The notes: generated by a model not told the origin, from the sequence alone. A stretch of 64,000 bases of DNA from Octopus sinensis (GCF_006345805.1 NC_043002.1:30938001-31002000); one strand, 5' to 3'; shown: positions 25,191 to 38,474, counted from the stretch's first letter. Made by a program: numbers and translations.

Positions 25191-27010
25191 TGTTTAATGT
25201 TTGTATGTATGTATGCATGTATGTATGTATGTATTCTACATCACTATGAATTGATATTCTTCGATTCTCGGAAATCCATTTGTTTAAATGCTAGCAATAT
25301 ATCATAAATATTGTAGTAGTTCAATGAGTAAGACAATTGCTGGAGTCGTGATAAATGTCCTAATTTTCACAATACTCACTTGTTAGCAGCATTCAGTTTT
25401 CCCGTAATATTTAGGCTTTCTTGAGCTTTAGAGGTGTCATTTTTAATTTGAAAATAACTTTTATTTTCAATTGTCGTGTATCGAATTTAAAGTCACCTTA
25501 TTCTAATTACTTCGTGACACGTTGTTGCGACATATCTGATCTCTGTGTAAATTTGGTTTCACATAAGTTGTATTCAAATAATCAATGTATTGCTTGATTA
25601 AAAATCATTTATTTTTCTTTTATCTCTGATTTCAGAAGCGTTTGATGGTTATTCAAACCCACCACTTAGTACCAAATGATTCAACTTATAGATTTTATTT
25701 ACACAAATGCTTGGAATATCAAAGAGTAATGGCATTTATAATTCAGTTTAATACATTATGGAATAATGCATTTTGTTCCATACCTACATTTGATAGAAAG
25801 AAATTAACTTCAAAAGAAGCAATTCATAGAGAATGATAAATTTGGATGTATCTTTTGAGAAAGCAACAATACGTAGAAGTTGGTAAAGGTATAGAGAAAA
25901 TACTCCCTGTGTGGCCCAACACACCAAACTCGTAATATACGAAATGCTTCACCATTAAAAGAAACAAAGGTCGAACGAAGATTAATTGAGGCCGAAACAT
26001 TGCAATTCCACTACTGTTTATTAACACCTCTTTGAGAGGTGCGGACGAAATGATCGATAACTGAAAATGCTTGTAATCTTTCACATCGTCATCGTTCGCA
26101 TGATGAACATGAGGTCAGGGAGAGCGTGTGTTTCTTTAAACTCCTTATAAAGATTTAGAACGGTTTAATGGGTTGCATGCATTTTTTCCCTGCTCCGTCC
26201 ATTTAGAGATCTGTGAAACCAATGCAGTCGATGTCCATCCCAAACAGAAGTCAGACAAGATTTCAAGATAACTATGGTTAAGGAAGGAATTCCAAAAAGT
26301 TAACGCTTTAAGGAGTAATCAATTAATGTAGCGATTAGATAAAACCTGTTCGAAGAGGCGTAGAATGTTTCATGAGAGAAGAGTGAGGTATGCCGGGCGG
26401 GATCATATGAAGGTTATACTTAAGTAGTACTTAAAACACCGCGACGCTGCGTTTGCTGTTAAAATATATTTGTGAGCGACTCACCGTCGCTAAACAATCT
26501 GCTGGCTATCTTTCCTTTACGTCTTTCCTACGATAACCATGTATACACTAGCGGCACTCTCTCAAGTGTGGGAGCAGTATTCAATGGTGAGACTCATTTG
26601 ATCTCTGTGCTTACTTTCTGTTCTCAAGTGCTCACATAAACGCAGCCTATATTCTAAATATAATGATGTCCTGCAAGATAATACTCATTTAGTGTGACAT
26701 TTTTCATTTAGTGTCACAGATGTTTCACTTTCACAAAACAACTGTTCCCTTTATTGAAGAACGGAATTTATGGTTTCATAATGTAAATATTCCTAGGAAA
26801 TAAATCTAAATATATAATTTCTAATACCTCCTATTTACCTGCTAAAAATTAAGTTAATGTACAGAATGTGTAACAACTCAAAGGAATTAATATGCAAATG
26901 CCAATCATTTTGAATAAGCACGAAACTAACGGAAAACAAAAAAGTAATAGGACTTTTTCAGCATAAAAAAAAAAGATAATTTCAGCAGAAAGGATATTAA
27001 TATGTGGAAA

Positions 27011-27327
27011 GGCGGTGAGCTGGCAGAAACGTTAGCACACCGGGCGAAATGCGTAGCCTTTTTTCGTCTGCCATTACGTTCCGAGTTCAAATTCCGCCGA
27101 GGTCAACTTTGCCTTTCATCCTTTCGGGGTCGATTAAATAAGTACCAGTTACGCACTGGGGGTCGATGTAATCGACTTAATCCGTTTGTCTGTCCTTGTT
27201 TGACCCCTCTGTGTTTAGCCCCTCGTGGGTAATAAAGAAATACGTATTTCGTCTGCCGTTACGTTCTGAGTGCAAATTCCGCCGAGGTTGACTTTGCCTT
27301 TCATCCTTTCGGGGTCGATAAATTAAG
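27011..27327 (+). mobile_element. SINE family A, full unit plus partial second unit
   Basis: Junction TAAAGAAATACGTATTTCGTC near 27240. Confidence 0.85.
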
Positions 27328-27827
27328 AAAATGGGAAAACGGCCTTCTGAGTCTGTATGACTCGGGAAGGAAATTTACGTTTTTTTTTTTTTTTTTAAGT
27401 TCTATCTCAAACACCGATCAGAGTAACATAACAACCTTGACGTTAGTCGTTTTGTTAAGGACTCTAGGTTGTTCTTACATTAACTGAAACCTATTTGCAG
27501 ATAATTTTCCCTTTGTTCAACTAGTCTCAGAAGTCGAGAAAAAGGCTATGTCCTTTATCCTTACCAATTTCACTAAACCTCGGCCATCTCTCACGCTTAG
27601 CGCTCATTGAGATTATAGATGTTGCATTAGAGAAAGATGTACGAAAAAGAGATGTGATTAACCATAGAGACGGAAGACGGAAATAATTGATGACATTCTG
27701 GAGATCGAAAATCAATTAAACGACTAATCAAAACATTGACCTGCATCAAAAATAGTTAACTGTTTCTAAACGTTAATTAGCTAAATACGCTAATACTATG
27801 TAAAGAAAAAGAGAAAGACAAAGACAA

Positions 27828-27864
<37 letters not shown>

Positions 27865-28289
27865 AGAAAGTGGTTGGGGGCGGGGAGAGTTCTTCAGACA
27901 TTCAAAATCTTAATGGATCTTTAGAGACTTAGCGAGATAAAAATCTGTAGTTGACTTTTTAGAATATCAAATACAGGTAATTGGAAAGGAAAACAAAATT
28001 GAAAATATTTACGAGAAAAGCAACAACGAAAACGTTGATGTTACTTAATATATATTTAGAAAAAAAGATAACAGATAGTTAGTAATATAATAGATTACAG
28101 AAATAATTATAATCGCAATGTAGTTAAACGGTTTAGCAATTTTGTATAAACTATGGAGATTGTCATAATGAAAATCTGAGATATAATTAATTTAATCTAT
28201 AATTGTCACGCAAAGTAAGACACATTTTACAGGCGTGTTTGTACGTGTCTATGCACGTGTATGTCTATGTGTGTGCTATGTGAATGTCT

Positions 28290-28919
28290 GTGCGTACACA
28301 CACATACACACACACACACATACACATGTATATATATAATATATATAATATATATTATATATATATATAATATATATATATATACAATATTATACATATG
28401 TATTTATATATGTATGTATGCATGTATGAATGTATGCACACAGTATGTTTGTATGTATATATGTGTGTGAATGTACGTATGTCTGTATGTATGTATGTAT
28501 GTACGTACGTATGTATCAGAAAAATTACACTCAAAAAAATCAGAACGGCAACATGTGGAATAATTGAAAGAGATACAGGGATAAGTAAAGTAGAAATATA
28601 GGAGGTGACTAAAAGTACGAGTGTAACATGTGCAAACACAAACCGTAGGTGTATGTATGTGTGTGTGTGTTGGTATGTGAGTGTGTGTGTGCGTAAGTGT
28701 ATGTGCGTACATGCATTTTTCAATGTACACATACAGAAAAGTATTTATCTGTGTGTGTGTGTTTGTGTATGTGGTTGTGTGTGAGTGTGTGTGTGCATTT
28801 ATTATATCGACCTACACCGTATACATATATACACACAGTCATACAGATTTTATATATATATACATACATACATACATGCCTGCAAACATACATACATACA
28901 GATACAGATACATATATAA

Positions 28920-28991
<72 letters not shown>

Positions 28992-29020
28992 ATATCTAAT
29001 ATATATACAAATATATATGC

Positions 29021-29073
<53 letters not shown>

Positions 29074-29360
29074 TTATATAATATATATACGTGTATATGT
29101 GTACATATATAGACGTATATGTAGCCAAATGTATGCACTAGTATATGTATATTATATATATATATTTATCTGTACATGTATATATGTATGTATGTTTGTG
29201 TGTATGTACATACATATACGTATTTTATGTTAAAGCATTTATATATATAAACATGTATATGTGTGCGTCGTTGTAATTTTTGTGTGTATATGTATGTGTG
29301 AACGTCTGCGTGTGTGAGCATTTGTGTGTGAGATCATGAATGTGTATGTGAATGCGAATG
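28290..29360. repeat. compound TA/CA/TATG microsatellite block
   Basis: Directly visible. Confidence 0.9.
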
Positions 29361-29889
29361 TGTGACAAAATGTTTGCACAAATTTGCTAATTCAATCAAA
29401 CCGCTATTGTGTTAGCAGGTACGTTTCTTTGTATTAAGACGAATCGGTGAAGGAATTATATAGATTATATCTTATTAATTATACACGAGGCAATTTAAGC
29501 GAAAAATAGGGGCCACTCCCTTTAGGGTATCGTTATTAATCCTATATTTATTAAACATTAATTATGCCCAGGAATTACATTCGTTCTTTCTTAAATACAA
29601 GCTTTATATACAAGTGAGTTTATATCCATTTATATCAACCGAAATGTGTATGTGCAGTTATTATTGCTATATGCTTTGTGTAAGAAAACTATGCTGGGAA
29701 TTAAAAGCAATAACTGTATGCCACATATACACGTTTCTCTCTTATCTGTGGACATGTGTGAATATGTACGAATCTGTCAATATTTGTTGATATGCATATA
29801 TATATGTAAAATGTATGTATATATATATATGCACACACAAATATATACATACACATATATATACATATATATATATACATGCATAGATA

Positions 29890-29929
<40 letters not shown>

Positions 29930-29964
29930 TACACAAACATTTTCATGAAGAGATTTATACACAC

Positions 29965-30185
29965 ACATCCTTTTACTCTTTTATACTTTTACTTGTTTCA
30001 GTCATTTAACTGCGGCCATGCGAGAGCACCACCTTTGGTCGAACAAATCGACAGCAGTACTTATTCTTTATAAGCGTTGTTCATATTCTATCGGTGTCTT
30101 TTGCCGAACTGCTAAGTTACGGGGGTAAACACAGCAACATTGCTTATCAAGCGATGGTGGGGTGACAGAAACAAACACACACACA
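29965..30185 (-). mobile_element. SINE family B 3' half
   Basis: Matches the family B tail. Confidence 0.75.
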
Positions 30186-30260
30186 CATACATATGTTATT
30201 ATATATATATATATATATATTATAATATATATATATATATATATATAATATATATATATA

Positions 30261-30295
<35 letters not shown>

Positions 30296-30324
30296 ATATA
30301 TATATATATATATATATATATTTA

Positions 30325-31594
30325 CGAGGGACGTTCAATAAGTAATGCCTCTGACCCACTTGCAGTTGTTGATCTAGCATGTGCATCATTTATATGTCTA
30401 TAGAGTAAGTGGCAAATTACAGCTCTGAATTAATTGTGGTTTCTGATTTACAGGTGTTTGAACTGAGTCAAGTGTGAAATGGAGCCTGTTGAGTGTCGAG
30501 CAGTGATCCGGTTTTTGTATTGGAAAGGACGCACACCACGGAAGACTTTTGATGAAATGAAAGTAACTTATGGTGATGATGCCCCATCATATGAGCTTGT
30601 AAAACGCTGGCATCGTGAATTCAAACATCGTCGGAACTCTGTGGAAACAGCTCCCAGATCTGGTTGCCCCCTTCTGCCATTGATGAGGCATCTGTCCGTC
30701 AAGTTGAGGCTGCCATTTTGGAAGATCGACGCATAATTATTCGCCAAATAGCCCATGAGGTCAAGATTAGTACCGGGTCTGTGGAAACTATCATTCATGA
30801 CCATTTGCATATGCAAAAGGTGTCTGCCAGATGGATTCCCAGGTTGCTCACGCCTTTCCAGAAGCAAGAACGCGTCGAGTGCTCGAGGGTGAATTTGGAG
30901 ATGTGCCAAGAAGGTGAGTCAAAATTTTTCAAAAGACTGATTACACAGGATGAAACCTGGGTCCATCGCGATGATCCAGAGACCAAAGCCCAGTCAATGC
31001 AGTGGAAGCACCGTGACTCCCCCCCCCAAAGAAGGCAAGGGTGTAGCCCTCCGCTGGCAAGGTCATGCTCACAGTCTTCTGGGACCAGGACGGAGTAGTG
31101 ATGACAGATTTCCTGGCAAAGGGTACCACAATTGCAGGAGCCTATTATGCTTCACTTTTGAGGAAATTAAGAGAAGTTATCAAAATCAAGAGGCGGGGCA
31201 AGATCAGCAAAGGCATCCTCCTCCTGCAGGACAACGCTCCGGTCCACAACTCGCTTGTCGCCAGATCAGAAGCACAGGCGTATGGCTATGAACTCCTCCT
31301 CATCCCCCTACTTTCCTGACTTGCACCCTCTGATTTTCACCTCTCCCAATCATGAAGTTGTTTTTGAAAGGAAAGCGTTTCCAGATGATGCAGCCTTGAT
31401 TTCTGAAGTCACGTTGAGGTTGGAGGACCAAGCTGGGTTCTCTTAAAAAACGGTCTCGGAGCCGCATCAAACGATGGGGAAATGCGTAACTCTGGGTGCT
31501 TCCTATGTAGAAAAAGACTAATAACTGTGCCAAGTTTCGTTGCTCTACTGCTATGGGAAGTGGGTCAGGGACATTACTTATTGAACGCCCCTCG
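30325..31594 (+). mobile_element. full-length mariner transposon (irritans-like)
   Basis: TA at 30323-30324 and 31595-31596; 37-bp TIRs CGAGGG(A/G)CGTTCAATAAGTAATG..TGACCCACTT with 34/37 matches; 1270 bp long. Confidence 0.95.
30479..31521 (+). pseudogene. mariner DDD transposase, frameshifted
   Basis: MEPVECRAVIRFLY.., KVSARWIPRLLT, LITQDETWVH, LLQDNAPVH, PPYFPDL..SDFHL spread over several frames. Confidence 0.9.
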
Positions 31595-31599
31595 TATAT

Positions 31600-32790
31600 A
31601 TATCAAATAAAATCAAAAACAGAACACAAAGGATGTCGCGGTACACATGTTTCAAGCTTTATAAACTACCTATTCTTACATAAGTGTATAATAGATATAA
31701 AGGATGATTTAAAGCTCTCTTCAGCCGCATACATTGTTATTCCAAAGAGTTACATCACACTATGAAAAATATGAAAAGTATATCATATCTCCCTGAGAGT
31801 GTATTTGTAAAATTTCATAACCAAATAGGCGTGTAGGGTATCATTGGATTTCGACAATCTGTCCATACAGTATGAACAGATTTTGGCGTACATGGCATAC
31901 ATGGTTGGCCAGGGACGTAATGAAACATCTTTGTGGGACTGTGAACGATGACTGGTGTTTGCACAAGCGTCGTTTCAAAGCTGTGCTGGCCAATCCAACG
32001 TATTTACTGGCTATGTTCGCATTCTTGGAGTATCCCTGGTTGACTCTGGACCTAGGGATGTTGTTGGTGTTACCGGTGTTGCTGGAACTGCTATCATTAT
32101 GGTGCATTGGTCTGGCGGTGCTGGAATATCTGTTGCCGCCGTTGTTGTTATCGTCGTGGTGACCGTATCTGACCATAGGGTTTGGGCTGTTGCTGTCGGT
32201 GGTAGTTTGAGTACCACTGCTGGTAACGTAGGATGCGGGGCCTGTTACTTCCTCCTTGTATTTGGTACAGGTTACCCATTTCTTTCTGGTTGTGGTATAA
32301 GTACTGGGGTCAGCGATTACCTCCCCGGTGTGGTTGGTACCGGACGGGTCATTCCCTCTGTTTGTGATGTTAGTACTGTTGTCGTTAGTATCAGAGTTGG
32401 TGTTTCTGTCACTGTCGCCGCGTCCGGTGCCATCATTGTTGTTGGCTGGTACATTGTTGCTGTCTAGGTGTCACCGTAGCCTCGTAGGTGACTCATTCAG
32501 CCTCGCATCGGCTCCCTACTGGACAGTCATTTTACAGCATGCAAAAGTAACCTTCCTCCTCCCGTGTTTTGTAGGTGTTAAAATACTTTTATGTTCTGGT
32601 GCACAATTAAAGGGCACCCGTAAGCTATCTGTTGAATAAATGTCTGTATCTGTGTGTCTGTGTGAAGTACTTTGTATCAATCTAAGAAATATCCTTCCCA
32701 CACAACTCTTGATATTGAGTGAGAAGGGTCCGGCAAGTCAAACGACGTTTCGGTGGTCTTCCTCTTCCGGGTACTAGGGCCTGGCATGTT
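31600..32790 (-). mobile_element. Penelope-like element 3' fragment (linker, GIY-YIG endonuclease, 3' UTR)
   Basis: PFSLNIKSCVGRIFLRLI..LRVPFNCAPEHKSIL resembles the PLE linker; KYVGLASTALKRRLCKHQSSF..TSLANHV resembles the GIY-YIG domain; hammerhead in the 3' UTR; ends at a TA run. Confidence 0.75.
31638..31728 (-). ncRNA. type I hammerhead ribozyme with extended stem II
   Basis: gcgg CUGAAGA gagcuuua [48 nt] uaaagcuu GAAA C augu G UA ccgc: intact core, 4-bp stem I, 8-bp stem II, GUA cleavage triplet. Confidence 0.75.
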
Positions 32791-33747
32791 GCAGATGCAG
32801 TCACTAAACCCTCTAAATGCCAGAGCCTTACAGCTTCCGTCGGCCAAACCCCATTCGAAAAATTTCGTAATCTCAAGTCTATGGTAAAAGATGTATTGTG
32901 CAGTGTGTGGTATCGAACTTGAAATGCAGTTGTCGTAAAAACGGCAACAACAAGTGAGTTACAAAATAATGTCCGCAGAAAATATAGAAAATTTTGACAT
33001 GCGAAATATATTGGCATATTACATTTGACCCTTTTTCACTGGGCAGATGTCCATCGTAATTTCACTGACAACAGACTTAAACAATTCCTAGCAGTGTTAG
33101 CGTTTGACCGAGGCGTTTGACCGAAGTACTCGCAAAACGCCTAGTGCTTATCGCATGTAGTGAATTCGGGAGCAAACAGACCTGAGCGATCCTAGATATA
33201 TTTATTCACAAGCATAGTGTCACATCAGATCGATTCAATCTGTTTGGAAATGAGTATTAATTTGTGAAATCCAAATTTCCAAATTTTGATTCATATGATT
33301 GATAGAGCAAAAGTCTGATGACTGGATTCTCTCTATAGTATCCAGACCCCTCCAGCGGTGCTTACTTAACTAAGGCGCCGATGGAAGAGCGATCAAATAA
33401 ACAGCAGTCAAATTGCACAAGAAACAATTAATATTCATTAATATAGAATATCGTAAAATTAAGTGTCACAATTTAACTTCTCAGTTTTAATTAAAACGTT
33501 AATGAGAATTATGAGTCAAATGGATTAAACGTCAGTAAGATATGTTTTATATATACATAAATATTTTCATCATGCACGCTTCTGTTGACTCACGCGCACA
33601 TATCCACTCACAGAGTGACCCACATGAAAAATCACATACACACTCACATATATATATATATATATATACATTTACAAATACCCTCTCATATATATAGTAT
33701 ATAATGTATATATATATTATATATATATATATATATTATATATATCC

Positions 33748-33780
<33 letters not shown>

Positions 33781-34746
33781 TATAATATATGTATGTATAT
33801 ATACATATATGTATATATCAATACAAATACATATATATAATAGAAAACAAATTTATTACATGTACACACCAAACCATACACGTACGCAAAACACACACTC
33901 ACATACACAAACGCACACACATTTATATCTGTAACATTCATAAGATATCTGAAAAATCGTTCATTGAAGTGTTATTAGGCAAGTATTCTGTGTCTTTGGG
34001 CAAGACACTTCACTCGACAAAGTTCCAGAAGTAATTAAGAAACTCGTTATTATGTCTCAGCTAAAATATGTCGAGGTTTTTGTTGTCTCATATGTTATAT
34101 TTGAAATTACGGCATACGAGATATTTTGCCTTTTAGCATTTCTGGGTCGAAAGTAAATTTAATATAGTGCGGAGGATTTAAACCTACCACAGACCCTGAA
34201 ACTTATTTTCTATACAACAGTTTAAGTTTATATTCTAGGTATAATACATTCCAGCAATATTGAGCGAAATTATTGTAGTGTTCTTTTCATTTATTCTTTG
34301 TAATTTCATCTGATAAAGAGAACGATGATCTCCTTAGCATTCAGAGACATTATAATTATTTAGCCCCAGGGCAGGGCTAAACAATTAAAATTGAACCTAT
34401 CTACAATCAAAGACTTTCCAGTCATGACCGTTCTGCCTTTGTGTTCAGAGACATTTCTTATAGGATTACATAATCCAACGTGTCATAACTTTTGTTTTCA
34501 ATCTAGTACTATAGCATTAAGTCAAACAAGGTAGAACCTTGACAAATACTTCCCAAAATTATTCAGATAATATCAGTAATTAAACTAATATTTTCTTTTC
34601 CACACAAAAATAATTCATTCTAATTATATTTTGGGTGCTCATTACATTAAATACAGTAACATTTAGTTTATTTTTCATGTGAATGGCTTCTCCAAGTAAT
34701 TAAAATCGGAGATTGCCTTGTATTTCTAAAATTAAGTTTAAGGAAA

Positions 34747-35165
34747 GGCGGCGAGATGGTAGAATCGTTAGCACGCTGAGCCAATAGCTTTGCAGTATTT
34801 AATCCGTTATTACGTTCCCAGTTCAAATTGCGCCAAGGTCGACTTTGCCTTTCGGGGTCGAAAAATTAAGTACCAGTTGAGCACTGGGTTCGATAATATC
34901 CATTTATCTCCTCCCTGGACTTGCTGCCCTTGCGCCAAAATTTGAAACCAATATTAAAGTTTGAGGAAAGGCGGCGATCTGGCAAAACGGTTCGCACTCC
35001 GGTCAAAATGCTAAACGGCATTTCGTTCGTCTTTACACCCTGAGTTCAAATTCCGCTGAGGTTGATTTTATATTTCGTTCTTCCGAGGTTGATAAAATAA
35101 GTACCAGTTGAGCTCTGGCGTTGATATAATCTATTAACCCCCACGCCCGGATTTGTAGTTGTAAT
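34747..35165 (+). mobile_element. two stacked SINE A2 copies
   Basis: Heads at 34747 and 34970; target-like ATTAA(A)GTTT(A/G)AGG occurs three times around them. Confidence 0.75.
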
Positions 35166-35282
35166 CAATATTAAAGTTGAAGGCAGCTTTTAACTGATGA
35201 AAGATATATAAATGAAATGAAATTTCCTGGGCGTAGTTTCAGGCATCGAGAAAATTATTTCGTACAGCATATTGTAGATTAG

Positions 35283-35495
35283 CTACTATTTCTTTACTAC
35301 CCACAAGGAGCGAAACACAGAGAGGACAAACAAGGACAGACACATGGATTAAGTCGATTATATAGATCCCAGTGCATAACTGGTACTTAATTTATCGACT
35401 CCCGAAAGGATGAAAGGCAAAGTCAATCTCGGCGGAATTTGAACTGCTAAGCATTTCGCCCGACGTGCTAACGTTTCTAACAGCTCGTCGCCTTC
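35283..35495 (-). mobile_element. SINE family A with internal deletion
   Basis: Family A tail, centre and head present. Confidence 0.8.
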
Positions 35496-36629
35496 CATAT
35501 TGTAGATTAGCTACGTTAAGAAAGACATCGAGAGCGAAGTGACGTGGGTGAAATATAGGCTTGGTTTCCTGTGGTCTATAGTCGCTGAGATCGGAGATGC
35601 ATGGAAATTTCATATAATGTAGTCAGAAATGATCCTTTTCGGGCTTCTGTGATTAGAGAGAGAGAGAGAGGGAACTTATCCTTAAACTGAAGACGTGAGC
35701 GAGATTGTAGTCCGCTATAAACGACTTTCATGTGTCAGGTAGTGGTGGTGCTAAAGTGGGTGATGGATTCAGTCTACCACACAGGAATAAATATACTTGT
35801 CTCTCACAGGTTTCCTTACATTTTCCGTCGGCCAAACCTCACTCAGAAAAATTGGTCATCTCAAGACTATGGTAAAAGACTGATGTATTCTGCAATGTAT
35901 TGAACATGAAATGCTGCTGTTGTAAAGCGAGCTTCTTAACTAAAGCCATGCTTACGCCCACAATTGTCGCAGAAGATGAGAAAAGCAATTTTAGTGAGTA
36001 GAGAACATGTTTGCAAATGGATATCCACTTTCTAAATGTGAGCATATGTGGTGCTGAAAAATGAAAATTAAATTAGGTGTGCAGGGTTAAGTGCAGTGAG
36101 TTTATGCGACTTAAAATGCTTTTGGGGACTATTTCACTTTCTTTTTTTTAACATAGACAAAGATGCTTAGATGTTCACGTAGGTAAATCTGAATAAACAA
36201 AATTATCAGTCTTCATTCATAACAGAGCTTAAATAACAAATTAAAGGATCTATCTTTACAAGATATTCGTCATCTTCACCTTTCCATTATTTTTCTAGTC
36301 TGTTAGTGAGCTGAGCTGAATTATAAAGATTTTTCGGGGGAAAAAATACGTCGCAGAATCTCTTCTGACTCGTTATGTTCTGGTTTCAAATTCATGCTTC
36401 ATCTTTTTGACATCGTCAGTCCTCGCCACATGAAAATCAGTGTTGTTGTTTTGTTGTTTTTCATGTTCGCGTAATCTAGCGGTTCGGCAAGAGCGTCCGA
36501 TTAGTACAAGATTGATAAGCACTAGTCTTAAAAGTATACATCGGCAAAGGACTAAAAACAGTGAGAAGAAAAAAGGATTACGCACACACACACACACACA
36601 ACAGACAGACACACACACACACACACACA

Positions 36630-36670
<41 letters not shown>

Positions 36671-36691
36671 CTCACACACACACAACAGACA

Positions 36692-36725
<34 letters not shown>

Positions 36726-37599
36726 GCACACAGGCACACACACATATAGAGCGAGAGAGTGGAAGAGAGAAAGCCATTCTCTTATATAAGCAATTCACAT
36801 TCTCCTAACGTTAACAAATTTGAATAAGGTTAATTATAACAGAAATATATATTTTAATCGGTCATCTATTATTATAAAAGTTATACGTACAGGCGCACTC
36901 ATTTACGTACAACCAAACACAAACACACATAAACACACTCACACACATACGCACACACATACACACATTCAATGAAAATATAAATAGCTACAAGTGTGTG
37001 TTTATGTCAATTTTCATTTTGAACGAATTAGTTTTGTGGAAACATTTGTTGTCTGGTACTAAATAAGCTGAGAATTGAAAACTAGGTTAATTACTGTTAT
37101 TAATTATAATAATTATATTTTTTGATGGCGAGTATGTTAAAGAGAGAGACACATACTTCAAGGGAAATAATCATAATGAGAAAGTGGGTTGATGAGGAGG
37201 AGGTGGGCACGATATATTGCGACGTTTCAAATGCGATTTGGGCGTCTATTATTGGGACAATTTGTATTCCATTAGTAAACTAATATTTCTGAGAAAGGAC
37301 TGACAATTTTTTGTTTCATTGTTTTCATATACATCTCTTATCTCCAAGATGTATTGTGTCTCCAAACAAAATTTTCCATTAGCCAGTGAAGGAATCTGTT
37401 AGTGATCGACAGATATGTTTAGAGTGTCAGCAACCCCTAATTTAAAAAAAACAAAACATTTCTTACCCTCATAAAATACAGCGGACCTACATGTGCTAAG
37501 CCTATCAACATAGTCATCGTAACGTAGCCGAAAGATATTATATATATGTAAATAAGTATATTACATATATAAATAAGTATATATATAAATAAGTATATA

Positions 37600-37679
<80 letters not shown>

Positions 37680-37750
37680 TTAGGGAGTAAATCCAAACTT
37701 ACAGGGAAAAATTAGATTTAGGATTAAATCCAATTTTATAGTATAAATAT

Positions 37751-38221
37751 ATATTATAGTAAATTAGAGATAAAACCACTATTAGGCAAATCAAACAGTG
37801 AAAATCATAAGCCAATACGTACAAAAAAAATTAATTAAAAAAATATAAAATATAAATATAAAAAATAAAAAATATAAAATTCCAAATTAAAATACTTAAA
37901 TTAGAGTTAAAATTTTGAAAAATATTTAAATAATTTAAACTTATAAATTTTAGATATGTATATATTTTGTTTTTAAAATTTTTTTATATATTATTATCAT
38001 TATTATTTTATTATTTTATTATTTTTTATTATTTTTTTTTTGGTAAATTATATAACTATCAAAAAGTATTAAAAGTTTAATATAAGATAAATAGTAAATA
38101 CTATTTATCTTATATTAAACTTTTAATACATTTTGATAGTTATATAATTTACAAAAAAAAAATGAATAAATAAGTAAATAAAATAAAATAAAATAATAAT
38201 AATATATTAAAAAAATGTTTT

Positions 38222-38273
<52 letters not shown>

Positions 38274-38474
38274 AATTAAAAATTATAAGTTTAATTATTT
38301 AAATTTTTTTTTATTTTTAACTTTAATGTACATATTTTAATTTGGAATTTTATATTTTATATTTTTTATATTCATATTTCATATTTTTTAATTAATTTTT
38401 TTCTATGTATTGGCTTATGATTTTCACTGTTTGATTTGCCTAATAGTGGTTTTATCTCTAATTTAATATAATAT
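37751..38474. repeat. about 720-bp AT-rich imperfect palindrome
   Basis: Outer arms AAATTAGAGATAAAACCACTATTAGGCAAATCAAACAGTGAAAATCATAAGCCAATAC and its reverse complement; centre AATATAAGATAAATAGTA-AA-TACTATTTATCTTATATT at 38097-38098. Confidence 0.9.

Noticed and set aside
25960-26010. CGAAGA..GGCCGAAAC motif
   Set aside because: The first core segment and stem I cannot be assembled.
25824-26084. 86-aa minus-strand ORF
   Set aside because: No recognisable motif or splice context; such a length is expected by chance.
32735-32775. CCGGAAGA..CCGAAACGTC hammerhead look-alike on minus
   Set aside because: It reads as PLE coding sequence (PKRRLT before the PF linker motif) and has no convincing stems.
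33315-33350. CTGATGA followed by hairpin CTGGAT/ATCCAG
   Set aside because: No GAAA follows the stem, so the hammerhead core is incomplete.
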